A DNA stretch of 62,611 nt, counting the filler, from Choristocarpus tenellus KU-1152 (lineage: Eukaryota; Protista; Phaeophyceae), in the NCBI GenBank assembly GCA_964200185.2. It is 13 parts of 13 records of this genome, joined end to end, with 100 filler letters (N's around TTAATTAATTAA, not from the genome) between each part and the next. Parts side by side here need not be neighbours in the genome. Positions count along the whole stretch, not along the records: positions 23,259 to 33,566 come from CAXNAD020002998.1; positions 33,667 to 37,237 come from CAXNAD020019189.1; positions 37,338 to 41,009 come from CAXNAD020018597.1; 10 more parts are not named here. One strand, 5' to 3'. The stretch's first letter is position 1. Every line of letters starts with the position of its first letter. This document shows, one piece after another, positions 26,757 through 40,630 of the stretch. The translations under genes were made by a program, and so were the position numbers. The notes beneath the pieces are model-generated. The model was not told the origin of the DNA and ran no database searches. It saw only the letters and a list, made by a program, of their open reading frames with translations.

Positions 26757-28149
26757 TGTCCTGCTCCCCTCTTGGGGAGATTATGGGGCTCTCTCTCTCG
26801 CCTCACCCGCCTATGTCAACGCGTCCAAGCAGTGAAATGGTCGATTATCTATTGCACCCTACAACAACTCTGAATCTTAAGAAAGTGGTAGCCACACTTT
26901 TCCAACGGAGACGCTACACAACTCACAATGTCACCATGGGATTTGTCACACAGATGGTGTCCACTTTGTCCGTAATGGAATACTGCTCGCGGACTGTAAT
27001 TCGTTAGTAATTGACCTAAATGTAGAGTTGTTTGTTTTTCCAATAGATTTTTTTTTGACAATATCGGAAGCTACACGTATCGTAAAAATCGAACAGTAAC
27101 AACTAAATTAAACTACCAACATGAACATGTATCCAACCAATATATTGAAAAAAAACTTTCACTAATCGATTTATCTTTCCAAGTATTCATAGTTTGTTTT
27201 GACACATCACACATCTATAAATATCACAAGCTATAATAATATATTGTAGTGTGTTGGTCTGATTATTCTACTTCACGTAGAATGTACCTGACATTTTCTG
27301 TTACATTGTGTGCTTGCTAGTTTCGAGAAGAAGCAACACAGAACATAATAGGGGGAAGACAACCCACCCACCACCACCAACAAACTCCCTATTATTGTAC
27401 ACTACAAAAATATGGTATGGAATATTACTATTAATACAATAATAGTAGTCTAATGAATCCATCACCCCCATACAAACCGCTTCAAAATTCATTTCCTAGA
27501 AACATACATTCACAAGTCAAATCCACTATTTAATCACTACTGCTACTACTGTTATCTACAAAATGTTTTATTTGTACTACGTGAATCGCCATATGTGAAG
27601 TGGTGGACATCTATGTAACTATTATCACACGCACACACCCTTGCCCTTCCATCTGTAATCCAACCATTTTTTGCCAAGCTTTTTTGAGGGGATGATTGAC
27701 TCAGAACATGATTCGCCTTCGTGCTGTCTGGAAGGACCCTGCCTGTGATGCCTCTATATATAAAAAATATGCTTAGAATATAAATAGGAAAATAAAGCCA
27801 CTTTCAGTTGCGTCAAACCAACTGAGAGGTAGGCAAGTTTGCATTTTAATCCCGAGGATGGGCAAGAATGTTTCATTACTCACATTTGCAGAAAGAGACT
27901 TCACCGAATTGAAGTTTCACTTTTGTGTGGAAAGGGGGAATATCAATTTGCGTGCACTATTGTGGACATCAAGCAATTTAATAGAGTGTATTGCACATGA
28001 TGAGATAGATGGCTTGGAATGCAAAGGTACAACCTGCCTACCTCTCTATTAGTTTGATCAGTTGCGATTAGATGGTTCTGATTGGAGAACAACACGTCCA
28101 TTTTAGGTGATTTTGGTCAAGGTTTTGGCCCTGCTGGCTCACTTGATGT

Positions 28150-29810
28150 TTGGTAGTGATCACGTGCATGGCACTCGCTGATGCACCAACAATTGGTGAA
28201 GTAGTCGAAATAATCTGCGAAACAGGAAATGGGAATGCTACGGGTCTAGGAAATCTTCCAACTGAGACGAAACTTAGCCTAATGGGGACGAGATCATCCT
28301 CCACAATTTCAAAATGATTGTGTTGACCATGTGGGACCAGGAAGATGTACCACAGGCCTGGAGGGATGTGGTCACCACAGTACTTCACAAGAAGATTGGA
28401 CATATTTTTGTATCTACAGGGGCATCTTATTTGTGGCGCTCACTGACAAGTGCTTTTCAAGATTGTTTCGAAACAACTGGAAGATTACCTGGAACAGGAG
28501 AACATATTCCATGAGGAACGGCATGGTTTCCGGGCCTACGTGGACATGATGTACGTACATGCTGTCCAAGAGCTCATTCAAGGCAAGTATGTCCCCCTTT
28601 CATGTATTTCATTGTCCTACAAAAATCATAACTCCATTGACCACGGTGTCCAGTAGGTTGTTCTTGCCAAGTTTGAAGTGACAGAGGAGACCACCCTAGT
28701 CATCTGCCAATTCCGTCATGGAATGCAGGCATGTGCTAACAGAGATGACAGAGGTTGCACTGGTATTTTTTGAGGTTGGACAACCTTGGACAGGGGTGTT
28801 TTCTTACCCCCATCCTCTTCAACATTTATCCACTGCAACACTAAACGTAGCAGTTAAAGAGTTCACCTCTGATCCGGGCATCTCGAAGGACCATGTTGAA
28901 ATCAAAGGAGCAATCACAAACAGTCAGGTGAGAGGAGGAGGGGCAATAGGGAGAGGGATAATACTTGAGCAACCCCTATGAGGTATGGTTTATGTTAACG
29001 ATGTGGGCAACGTGTCTAAAATTCAATGAGGTTTGGGCAGGATGATGACATTGATTATGAAGGTGGTCAGGTCACTCGAGCTGACCATGTCTGACTTAAT
29101 GACGGAGACCATACGTACCTTCAACTCACAATAAGATTAGAGTCCTCATACAGATCTGCGGGCTTTGGGCAAGCACCTCAAGCAGACGAATAAATTTGTC
29201 GACTTTGGAAGGACTACCAGTGGTGAAGCTGATATCACCACCAATAAGATCTGTCGACAGGTATAAAAAGTCTGGGGTTATTTCCCCAGAAAAAAGCGGT
29301 CCCTGACAGAACCACCACAAAGCTTAAGAAGATTTGAATGCTCAAGGCCGAAGCACTTCGAGGATTTTTCGGCATTCGTATCTCATGGTATGGGCACTCA
29401 ACCAGATCCACTGTTCTATACTTTGCTCCCGTCACCACAATTCCTCCAACGCTGCATCAGATTTTGAAAACCGAGATGCACTGATCACTGTCCTACAAAG
29501 ATGAAGACTGCTGGGTAGGAGAATATCGATGCGAATGCGCAGAAATGGAGACCCCTGTGTGTTCGCAGAGTCAGTTTCACGAATGGGAGATGAACGACTT
29601 CCAAAGACGTGATGATCGGAGAGCTTGCAGTCGGAAAAGCGAGGTAGACCGAGAAGAATTGATGTGGAAGACGACTTTAAGAAGTGTGATACCACTATTA
29701 ACGGATGGAGCACAGGACGGCCAACCAACACAGTTGGTACGAGTAGTATGCGATTGACGAAAAACGAGCTTCATGGCAGAGGGGCATTCCAAGGAAGCTG
29801 TGATAGCTGA
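28150..29810 (+). mobile_element. Degenerate RTE-clade LINE (reverse transcriptase region and C-terminus)
   Basis: Frameshifted WDQEDVPQAWRDVVTTVLHKK, YRGI, LFKIVSKQLEDYLEQENIFHEERHGFR, a YVNDV (YADD-like) motif and GKRGRPR-like RGRPRR. Confidence 0.85.
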
Positions 29811-30027
29811 TGTAGGTCACATGAAAGCAGCAGGAAAGGGAGCTCAACCACATATTTCAATAACATGAAACGGAATGGTCCACCATTATCGTTGGGTATT
29901 CTGGGAGGTATGAGTTATGAGTTGTGGTTAGGAAACCCTTGACATATACCACCTTCAAAACAACAGCTTAACTTGAAATTCACGAAGGGGGATAAAGAGG
30001 TAGGTACAAGGGACCAGGGCACAGAAA

Positions 30028-31271
30028 ATGGCTGAAAAGCATCAACGTAGACTGGAGGATGCGTTCAAGGTATTGGGGGAATCGGTGGACAGGAAGCACA
30101 TCAGACCGTTGCAGAAGGTGCGATTGCACCAACACCTCTCTTCAACCTCGTATCCCAACAACTGCAAAATTTCTAACCGTTTAGCTTCACCACGTAGAAG
30201 ATTACTTCCTTGACGTCTCTATGTCTTCTCTTGGTGCCTCTGTCCCTGCAAGTGGAATTGTGACTGACCCCATCCTCGGATCTTTTGTCCACCCTACATT
30301 TTTCTTGAGTTAGGCAGCATACTTGTGTATGTCAGGGTGTTTTGATAACCCGAAGATGAGTCAGGATGCTGTCAGAACATGCATGCAACGGTGCGAGGAA
30401 CCTCTTAATCAGGTCAATGCATCCGTGCAGCAAGAGATGAGCTCGTTTCAGGTGTGTATGGAGGCTATCGTACAGCAGAGTTTGAGTATTCTTGCGATGT
30501 GGATTGACCAGTTACAAGCCCGCCCGCTAAGAGGTCGCCCTTGCGGTGCATGATTACAGAAAAATCAGACTAGCTTATTGAAGCCCGAAACAGCAAAAGC
30601 TTAAAGGGTCTGGATTGACTATCTCAGGTCTCACATTGATTGTTGTATGGACCATCACAGTATTTATTATTTCCTTCATCATTCAAGTTGTGTGGCTGTG
30701 GGGCAATGAATTGCACCTGATCTATCTTCTCAAGGAATTTTATCTACACTTGGTGGAGAACTATCGATGCAGTCACTCAGAACTTCGGAGCTTGGCGTGA
30801 TCTACTTGCACTTCTTGGAAGTTGTTCTAGCCCTACACGATAGCCTTCAAGACGTCAACAATACCAACTGCCTCTTATCGGTCCCAATCTGACCACCGCA
30901 GTCACGCAAGAGCTCATCTACGTAGCCCTAAATCGCCACACACCCAGCCTTGCAGTGCCTTGACTCCCATACCTTGCCAACCCATGCTGTTTCCCTTTTC
31001 TAGCGCGCATTTCTATCTCTGTGTTTCCAAACCTTCCTGTCCCAAATACCAATCTCTCTTCTCGCCTGCCATGGTTTGCACTATAGAATGAACGGATGCC
31101 CTGCTGTGTAACTTATCATTCCATTTATCTTCACTGCTTGCAATGATTGTGCTCATTGTTGTGTAGGACCGCATGCAACGATGTGCCATGGGATGCCAGG
31201 ATGAGGCCAAGGACATGGTGCCGCCAGGCGCCAAGGAGGGGGACTCGGTCTTGGAGGCAGCTATGAATGTG
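30028..31271 (+). CDS. FAM136A: FAM136A / DUF842 family protein, exons 30028..30117, 30314..30451, 31167..31271 (terminal exon not identified)
   Basis: IRPLQK|AAYLCMSGCFD…VRTCMQRCEEPL…VQQEMSSFQ|DRMQRCAMGCQDEAKD shows the twin CX3C pattern of FAM136A. Introns are phase-0 GT-AG. Confidence 0.88.
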
Positions 31272-32501
31272 GTCAGTGTTACGCATGGGCTGGTCGACTA
31301 CAGTTGAGGGTATAGTTGACTCTTGTCCTTTCTGAGGTGCATTGTGAAATAGTGGTGTATGTGTTGATGTGCACAAGCTTGGTGGCAACACCACAAGAAG
31401 ATGGCAATGTTTTCTGAATTTTGTCAGGTGTCCTGCTCTCAACCCTGGCGCACCCTCTTGTACTTCTCATGTTGTCTCTTAGTGAACAAGCCTCTACATG
31501 CAACCCATACATAGTTAGGCTGTGTGTAATGAAGGAACTGTAGTGGAGGCACTCAACTCCTTTCTAAGATCTGCTAATTGGTGTACTGTGTAGGAAGGAG
31601 CTCTTAGTTTTTGTCACCCTGTCCTCACTAGAGTACTTAGTACTACTGTGCTCATTTCTTGTGCATAGCAACCATCCACAGGCCTTGTATTGCACATCAC
31701 ATCTATAGTTGGTTTGCTTCCCTCATAGGCAACACGGTATTGTGATTCGGAGATAAAGTACCCTGGTTAAGTCACACCCTGGATAAGTCACACCCTAACT
31801 CCAATGTGTGCACAATAATTCCTTCCGTGTATCAAGAGGTAAACATAAATCTGCCTTTTAATACTCTATGGACTGTCTTAAAGGGTTAACGGTGACCTAA
31901 AAGCATTGTAATAGGAGATAAACATGTCTGCATGGTGAAAGGGCACTCCATGCATACATCTACCCCAAGATGCTTGAAAAAAATTGAGTCAACTTGCAGT
32001 ACAAGCGAAAGGCACTCCTCCTTTACTCAAAGAGTTAAACCAAGTGTCAAAGTCTACAAGAGTAGAGTAATATCTTCTCATCTGGAGTTTATACCCAGAG
32101 TGTAGTCCGTGAGCCACCTGTGTGTCATCTCACACCCCAGAGCATTGAAATTAGGACATGAGTATGTGTGCATGGGAAGTTTTTCAGATTAAACACTCTA
32201 TGGCCACACTACTTTTCAGGGGCCTACTTTGGTTGCTGAATTACTTTGGATTCAAGCATGGCTTTTCTGGGGTGTGTATGAGCTCCGTAGTTTTGATTTG
32301 CTCGGAGTATAAGATTCTCAGAACACCTAGTGGATATATATTTTAGCTAGTTGTGGGGTTGTTGATCTCTTCGGGTGTACCTGATCGTTACTCTTTTTGA
32401 ATAGTACTACCACTTTGGAGTGTCGTGTCACGGTATTGCTAAGATTATAGCATTATTGCTCAAGACATTTGGTTTGATGCCTCCGATGGAGACTCATTAT
32501 A

Positions 32502-32540
32502 CCTTCCTTCCTTCCTTCCTTCCTTCCTTCCTTCCTTCCC
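32502..32540. repeat. (CTTC)n microsatellite
   Basis: Visible tetranucleotide run. Confidence 0.9.
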
Positions 32541-33535
32541 ATAAGTGTCAGTAAAAGAAGAGTACTTTGTCCTCTACTTTTGTGTTTATCCAATTGCCGC
32601 CACTTTGCAAAAAGAAGAAACAACATGGTTTTGGTCGTACTTGTGTACTGTCTGACTAGCTCCATTCGGAGACAGCATTGTACTCCCGACTCTAATATCG
32701 ATAGTGTATAGGATGATGTTACAATAGTGTACTTAACCTTGTGGTTGAAGAGCACTAAATACTTGCGAGGGAAATCTTAGTCAAACATCAGCAGTAGTGA
32801 CAGTAGCAGCAGTAGTAATGATTTTGAGTCTACAGCGCTCTTGTCGCCTCTACCGTCAAAGAACTGTGATACAGATAACATGTGATTGAGAGGGATCAAA
32901 ACGCATCAATGGAGAACGTATTTGTGTGTGTTTATGTATGTATACATAAAAATGAGCGCCATGTTTTTTTTGTTCCTCTTCTTCTGGAGACATTACAATA
33001 TTACTAGTACCCTCAGCCTTGCGTGTACGTCCCATATGTAATTAAACCCTCTTCTTTTTGTTGTCTACAGTTCTTGATGCTGCTGCTCTTGTTCATTGTT
33101 TGAAAGAGGTAGTGCTGTTTGAAGTTGCGGTGGTTTGAGAATCAGCGCATGAGAATGAAGAGGGCGAAACGACTGAACCGCAAGCACAGAAGGATCAAGA
33201 TCGTGTCTTGGTACCATACTTAGTACACGTCACTGGTACTTGTAGTACGTGGTGCCTTTACTTTTTTGTATTTCAATACTGCAGAAAAACATGGTGGGGA
33301 GAGGATAAGAGCATCTGCGGAGGAATATTCACGCGTTCCTCCTTTTGCAAGAGATTGCTAGGTCTGGAGTTTTTTTTAAACTATTTATTTATGGGGAGTG
33401 CGTTCAGAAATCGAAGCGTGATGCTTGACAAGCAAAAAAATAAATAAAAGAGGATGCGGAGAAGTATCAATCAAGTAAGCCCTCGAAGATTTCAGATGTT
33501 TATTTTTTGTGAGGTTGACCAAGTAAGGGCAAACT

Positions 33536-33566
<31 letters not shown>

Positions 33567-33811
33567 NNNNNNNNNNNNNNNNNNNNNNNNNNNNNNNNNN
33601 NNNNNNNNNNTTAATTAATTAANNNNNNNNNNNNNNNNNNNNNNNNNNNNNNNNNNNNNNNNNNNNCCCCCCAGATACTTTGACCCGACAGCTTTGAGGT
33701 TATGATACAAACCATTGATACTACAACATCCTGAGTTACATCAAGTGATTCATTTATTTAAATCAAAAAGGCAAGTTCTTGGTCCCCACACATTCGAACC
33801 CCTTGAACCCA

Positions 33812-33906
33812 TCACCTCAACAACCACAACAACCACAACAACCTCAACAACCTCAACAACCACAACAACCTCAACAACCTCAACAACCTCAACAACCACA
33901 ACAACA
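33812..33906. repeat. (CAACAACCW)n 9-bp minisatellite
   Basis: About 10 units; it accounts for the PQQ/TTS low-complexity ORFs. Confidence 0.9.
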
Positions 33907-34153
33907 GCACCGCATGTTATTCTCCCTCCAATCCCATGCAGTCAGAGCAGTGCACTCTACCATGCAATATGGGGGTGCCGTCTAGAAACAACCTTAGATT
34001 CTATACACAACAAAAAATAAAAAACTCCACCTCTTTATCAAAACCAAAATTATGGCAAACACCTGTTCAGTACAAAGCATTACCAACACAATGCACATTA
34101 CATCCCCAATGGTCAAGTACCGTCCCCCCCCTCTCCATGTTTTTTTTACTTAC

Positions 34154-36530
34154 CTCAAACTGTGCCTGCTTGTAACAGTCATCTCCCTTCTCCTTTAGGA
34201 GCTCTGTGGTGCTCAATCCTGATCGTCTTGCCCTCTCCTGTGCCTCCCACTTGGGCTTTGCCTGACCTAGCACTGCCTGAAGCTGTTCATTTCCTGCATC
34301 CAGTCTCATACCCGCATCACAGGCCTTCACAGCCCCACTATAGTCCCCCGATTTCAGTGAGGACTTCGCTGATGTCACAAATTGTGACACCTAGTGGGGA
34401 CACAATTACACCAAAAACACACGGGCGGGGGAGGGGTTAAGTTTTGGGGAAATGCAGTATTATTTGGGACCAAATTTTTTATGACTAGATTTTTGTATGA
34501 TTTGGTCCAAATGGACACTCTGGTGTAAACCCCCCCCCCCAGATACTTTGGATCAAAGGGGAGGGGGAGACAGAGGATTTGGGAAAAGGAGTAAGAGGAA
34601 GGCACGCTGCATTTTACAGAACACATGGATTTGAGAGCATTGCTTCTTAACAATAAATACTCACCATCAAAATACAGCAGGAATGGGCACTGAGGTACTG
34701 ACTGCAGTCAGCAGAAACATATATTCTAATAGTAGCAAAAAGACGTAAGACTATCCACTAAGAATAATCAACCCTCTCCTCCAGCAGACAAAATCACTCC
34801 CTAACAATAATAACCAAACATGATGAATGCCACACCTCGCATTTGCACCCTAGGCTATACATGAAGATATCAAGACAGCAAGGCTGACACCAAATTGCTT
34901 TAGTTTTTAACATCCTCTCAAGACACTCAACCAATCAAGCAAGATCAAGATCAGGATGATCTACTCGCCTTTTCCTCTCGGATGAGCTCATCAACCTCCT
35001 TTAGGTTCTTCTTGAGGTCAGAGTTTCGTGGCTCCACACCCAGTCCACGCTGTGAGAGAGACACATCAATCCAGGCGTAACACACAGAACCAAAAAATAT
35101 CAAGAGGCAGCAAAGGTATCATCGTATCATTGTACAAACAGAAAAAGAACAATGCATCATATTTGAATATTTTAAAAAAAATAGAATATTTGAAAAGCAT
35201 GCCCCTATCTGCGAGCACCACTACAAGACCAAGAAAACAGTTACAGCTGCAAAAAAAAAAGTTATCAGAAAAAAGAAAAAAATGTATGGAGCAACCAACT
35301 GTGATAAACACATTTCAGAGAGGCACAAGAGAAGTTAATATTGCATCAAGACTATGTATTAATAGTCAATACAAGGGGAGTCTGTGGTATGTTCCCACTG
35401 ACTTGTATTATAGGGGTCAGAAGACAGTACTATTATTCTTTCGTTCTTTTTCGTTTTTGATACATCGTATCTCCTTTATTTTTCTGTAATACATGTCGAG
35501 TACTTGTAGAGTTAGTCATAGGCACAACTTGACTAAAAAAAGGGAAATAAAATTAAGAATTTCCTCATCTTCAGCACAACCCTCTTTTTGATTGAACAAT
35601 TATGGGTAGTGAGAGCTGGGGGAGAAGGAGCATAAATATGACACAGTAGTATTTAAATAAATAAATGGATTGAAGGTCCAATGCTGAAGGGTTTAATAGT
35701 TCAACAATCAGACCAGTGTACCAGAACATGACCCAATTTTGAACGTATAATTAACAAACCCAACACGGTATTTGTATTCCTTGATCTTGAAGCTATTCCT
35801 AGGGTTTAGTCAATTTTGGGTGTATCTCTTGCACTCATTACCTACTATAGGATCACGAACAACGCGAGTAAGAGCAGCACCTGTTAATATGACAAGCATA
35901 TCATGTAGCGACCACATCAAAGTATTCATTGCAATCAAGTTACCTTTAGTGTGTCAGCGGCTGCTTCCAATTGATTAAGACTCCTCTGTGCCGTGGCCAG
36001 TCGGAAATACCCTAAAGGAAGTCACAAAACAAAAACAGCATACAAGAGCCAATCAAGAAAAGACAACGGAATCAGAAAGAGTTAGTATCCACGTTTGGGG
36101 CAGGTGGGGGGAGGTGGGGTGTTGTCAGGGGGCATTTTTTTCTGTACATCAAGACAAGAGAGGACAGTGAACCAACTTTTCCAATCCTTCAAGAGTTGTA
36201 TACATCCAATAGGGTGGACCGACTATTAAAAGTTCCCTCACGAAATAAAAAGAAATTAAAACTGATTCAGAAGAGAGGAGATAGATAACCGCCCCAATAA
36301 GAACCTTCAACCTGCGATCACCAAACCACAAAAGAAAACTAAACATACCCACACTCTCTCTCTCTTCATCCCCCATTTTACACCCTCTACCTCCCTAACT
36401 CAAAAAGAGTGGTACTTTCGCTAGGTGCTAGTTGTCATACCCTTTTGATCGGCAATACCTTTCACAAACTTCTTGTTCATCTTTATACATTCTCCTGCAT
36501 CTTGTGCTGCTTCTGTCCACTCTTGAAGAC
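34154..36530 (-). CDS. TPR-repeat co-chaperone (STI1/HOP-like), internal exons 36530..36459, 36011..35944, 35049..34969, 34390..34154
   Basis: WTEAAQDAGECIKMNKKFVKGYFRLATAQRSLNQLEAAADTLKRGLGVEPRNSDL… and LKEKGDDCYKQAQFE are TPR signatures. Phases are consistent, and one donor is GC. Confidence 0.9.
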
Positions 36531-37337
36531 CTGCATACGAGGCACTGTCATGAATTGAAAATGCACAAAACACACAAAAGCGTCCCAAGTACCAGCATAT
36601 CCACAATGAAAAAGGGCAGCAGCGGGGGGGCAGGGAGGTGAGGGGAAAGTGCATTTGAGAACTTGACTCTATGCCAGCTTCAAGTTGAGTGATGCTGTCA
36701 GTTATTGTACCCGTTCAATTCAGGGAGTGCGATATACACCACTTTGCCATGATTACAATTTCGTTGATGAAAATCTGATGCTTGAAAACTTTAAGAGCAC
36801 ATGTATTACTCTTCCTCGTATCAGGAAGAGGTGCCATTACAACTGCATCTAGAAAAACAAAATAAAAAGTGAGACTTCCACCGGCTCTCCCTTGACTCCT
36901 CTCACAGGAATAACATGTTCTACTAAGTCTTTTCAACTGCATTTCATGTTCCTTCATCGCATCTAGAGCAACAAAGAGTGAAGGTGAAGTCAACACTAAA
37001 AAGGGTCATCCCTTTGGAACATTAAAAATCACATCAAAACAGGCCACAACTGAGAAGTCAATCCAAGAATATCACTTGCAACTTAAATCCTTAGGTACAC
37101 ATGCACCTACGAATATCAAGTCAGCTCTTCCTCAATCACAAGAGGATTGGCATTAAACCTCCTCCAATCTTTAGAAAGCATAGGCAACTTCTACAAGGGC
37201 TACTGCAAGGTCCTTGTGGGTCAAAGTATCTGGGGGGNNNNNNNNNNNNNNNNNNNNNNNNNNNNNNNNNNNNNNNNNNNNTTAATTAATTAANNNNNNN
37301 NNNNNNNNNNNNNNNNNNNNNNNNNNNNNNNNNNNNN

Positions 37338-37490
37338 GGTGGTTTCTGAGGGGGCGTTTGTTTCGGTCAAACAACTCTTTTTTTTGCTGACATTTCAAAT
37401 CCGACATGTGCGACCAAATCACACAAAAAAGTGAAAATCGAAAAAGGGTGAAAAACGGACGCCGACATCCCCCCCCAGATACTTTGACCC
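37338..37490 (+). mobile_element. Near-complete ~170-bp MITE ending in CCCCCCAGATACTTTGACCC; further TIR ends at 15474-15489, 33667-33686, 37218-37237, 40984-41009 and 59428-59447
   Basis: The same TIR is repeated in both orientations, and the internal sequence is shared with 3704-3748 and 55673-55928. Confidence 0.8.
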
Positions 37491-37559
37491 ACCACCACAC
37501 TTGCTGAACGTTGACGCGGTTCCCCCCCTTCCCCTCTTACAGATCGGCAGGCAAATACC

Positions 37560-38760
37560 AGACTCGTGTCGTCGACCTTTGAGCATCGGGTTAGCTCGAG
37601 TAACCGTGACTCTCGTTGGGTCTTGTTTCAAGAAGAACCGGTCCCACCCCCAAGTTCGACTAATTGTGAGGTGGCCATTTCGCAGGCAAAATTCGGTGAT
37701 GCTGTACCAGCGTTCATTGCGCACCACGTCAACGAGTACGCAAGAATGAATACCGTGCCTCCTGAATGGCTTCAGGACCTGATGAAACTTCAAGTTCGGG
37801 GAACGGACTCCGATCACGTAAGATCCCTTCAACAGAGTAGAGACGTCGCACGCCCATCACCACTGTCACAAGGAAGTCGTTTCAGGTTTTCCACTTCGGA
37901 AATACCATCTGGTCAAGTAATTACAGGTTCTGGAGAAGAGATTTTACCACTCTTGTTCTCTAAATGGCACGTGGCAATATCCTTGCACTCTAGTCAGTAT
38001 GGTCCCACATCTCCAGAGACAATTAATGCTGGATTTGTGGAATTTTTACCGAAAAATCTTCAACGAATGACTGAAACCTTTTATTTCCAGGCGTTGGTGG
38101 GTACGGTAGAGTGGCGTCCAACAAGTGATTTGGCTCGTTTGCAATCGTCTCTTGACACCCCTGTCCCCATTACACCTCCAAAGACTTGGGATGATGCCCA
38201 GAAAGCCTTGATCATCGCGTTTACCCTCGCCCATGCTGTAAGTGTATCGGCTTGTAGACTAACGTCCTTGAAACAGGGGGAGAACGAGTCGGTTGACCAA
38301 TATACTTTACGTTTGCACCACAGCAATGAATCATTTTTTGGATGATGTTCATCGCACAACATTGTCCTCAGATTCAGTTGATGCAAAAACTTTGCTTGTC
38401 GAGCAACTGCAAATAACCCTGATGGAAGATGGCTTACTCCCTGCATTCGTCTTGAACAGATTCGGGACGAACCCGCCACCTCGTTTGCCCAAGCTCGTGA
38501 CCGTGCCAAACGTCATGAAGCTAACATTCTGTCTGGCAATAACCCCACTCCCATAACAACTTACACGAGTGCTGTGATCCACTATCCTCGTCGTGGACGG
38601 GTTCCCCGCACAGAATTCGAACAATTGCAGCGTGAATGTCAGAGACTCCGTACAGAGGTGGAACGTCACCAAGCAGGAGAAAACCCTCTCAACAGGGCCC
38701 CAGCTCGGTTGTTGACGAGTCCACCTCCCACAGCCAGTGCAACTGACAGTACTACACAAT
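37560..38760 (+). mobile_element. Decayed LTR-retrotransposon gag-like region
   Basis: The 259-aa ORF contains PKTWDDAQKALI.AF…LTSLKQGENESVDQYTLR (retrotransposon gag QG.xE.VxxY motif), followed by frameshifts. Confidence 0.6.
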
Positions 38761-39099
38761 CTTCACATAACCTAACCAACAAATCGTACGTTACAAATGC
38801 ACACACAAACAGACACACTGGCATTGGCAGAGACACGCAAAAAAGAATCACAACAAAATTTTACACAACTCCACATTGTCAACCCCTCCACAGACGTCGG
38901 AATATTGCTCATAATGATGTCACAAGATTAATTTAACACACACACATGCGGCCACACACATCAATTGCACAAGATTGACCCTACATTTTCATACACATGA
39001 AGACACAACAACAGACCCACAAACACATTTTTCATTTACACACACAATTCACACACACTACAAATGTCCTTTTACCACACACAAAAGTGATGACGACAC

Positions 39100-40630
39100 A
39101 GGTACATATTAAAAGTTGGACACTAGCATTGGTAATGTGGGTCCGATATCACAGCAGGGGAGTGTGAGAAATATGTTACTGTGTCATGGGCTTCCTAACA
39201 ATGACCGTCCACTTGAACCAGGCTCACCATTGGGGTATACGCTACTAAGATGTGACAGAAGACTGGTGGGTTTGGTTATGGATGACGAAGCAAGCTTACT
39301 TCTTCCAGAACCTAGGACGACGAGAAATGCAATGGAATTGAAGGAGTACCTGTGGAATGGGGTAGTGAAAGAGAAAATGGGTATACACAACAGACTGGCT
39401 AGGATCCCAGGTACCTTGCCCATCAAATCAGCGCAGGGTTTTCGACCGAGGCAGATGGATGAGAAAGGGAGAATGTAGATGTCGAAGACGGGGCTAGGAC
39501 TGCAGAGTGGCAGAGTTTGATGGAGCAGTGGGATTGCTGAAGACGTCCCTGTATGGGATAGTCTAGATGTCTTGGAACTGGAACGTTCTGCTGGTGGATG
39601 CTTTGTTGGAGCTGGGATTGGAACAGTCTGAGGCTGATCCATTCTTGTTCAGATTGATAGTGAATGATGAGGCCGTGATAATCATGATTGCCTATGGGGA
39701 TGACATGTTGATGGCTGAGGAATCAGTGTCAGGCTATGCTGTTGGTATCATCGAGGGACTAAACAAGAAGGTTCCCAGTGGTAGATTTGGGTGAGGTGAC
39801 CAAATTCCTGGACTGCTGGATGAAGAGAACAGGAAGGCTGGGACACTTCTGGTGGATCACAGTTTGTACTTCGGAGACCTGAGAGAGAGAGGCATGGGAT
39901 TGGCACAACTTATGAACTGCCATTAGTCACCATGAGAGTGGAGCAACAGGGGTCTGTTTTCGCGGACAAAAGATCTAATTGTTGGGATACAATGGGTAGC
40001 AATAATGACTAGATCTGATGTATCTTTTACAGTTTGAGAGTTGGTATCATGTGTGGAAAATACTAGTTGGTCTAATTGGCTGAATGCTAAGAGAGTGATA
40101 GGGTATCTGTTAGGTACTAGAGAGAACAGCATTGCATTTGAGGATGTGACTCAACGGGAAATGGACCAAGGGTCAGCTAACTGACTATACAAGTTCTGGT
40201 TATGCTAACTGCAAGGACAGCAGATTGCTTGTGGTGTAGTGATGTTTGGGGAAGGATATGTTAACTGGTGGTCTAGAAAGCAGAAAATGGTTATACTACA
40301 TACTGCTGAAGCTGAGTATGTTGCATTGTGTGAGTTGGGGAGGGAGGTTATGGTCGTTATCAGGTGGAAATGTTCATGTAACCACTTCATGAGGATTACT
40401 CTGTATCTATTTTGAGGATAGAGTTGGTGCAATTAAGATAGCCCAGAAGGCAGCGTCTGGAGGGAGAAAAAAGTACATAGATACAAGGTACCACCATGCA
40501 CGCAGTTGGAGACGGAGGGGAAGACTGTGGTTGAATATTTAAGAATTTCCCACGTGGGGATCCTTCTACCAAGGGCCTGCATAAGGAATCATTCAATAGG
40601 CATTCCAGTTTTTCATGTGTAGAATGAAGT
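39100..40630 (+). mobile_element. Degenerate Ty1/Copia reverse transcriptase-RNase H
   Basis: WNVLLVDALLELGLEQSEADPFLF…IAYGDDML (YVDD-like), WWSRKQKMVILHTAEAEYVALCELGREV and a terminal STKGL. Many stops and frameshifts. Confidence 0.88.
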
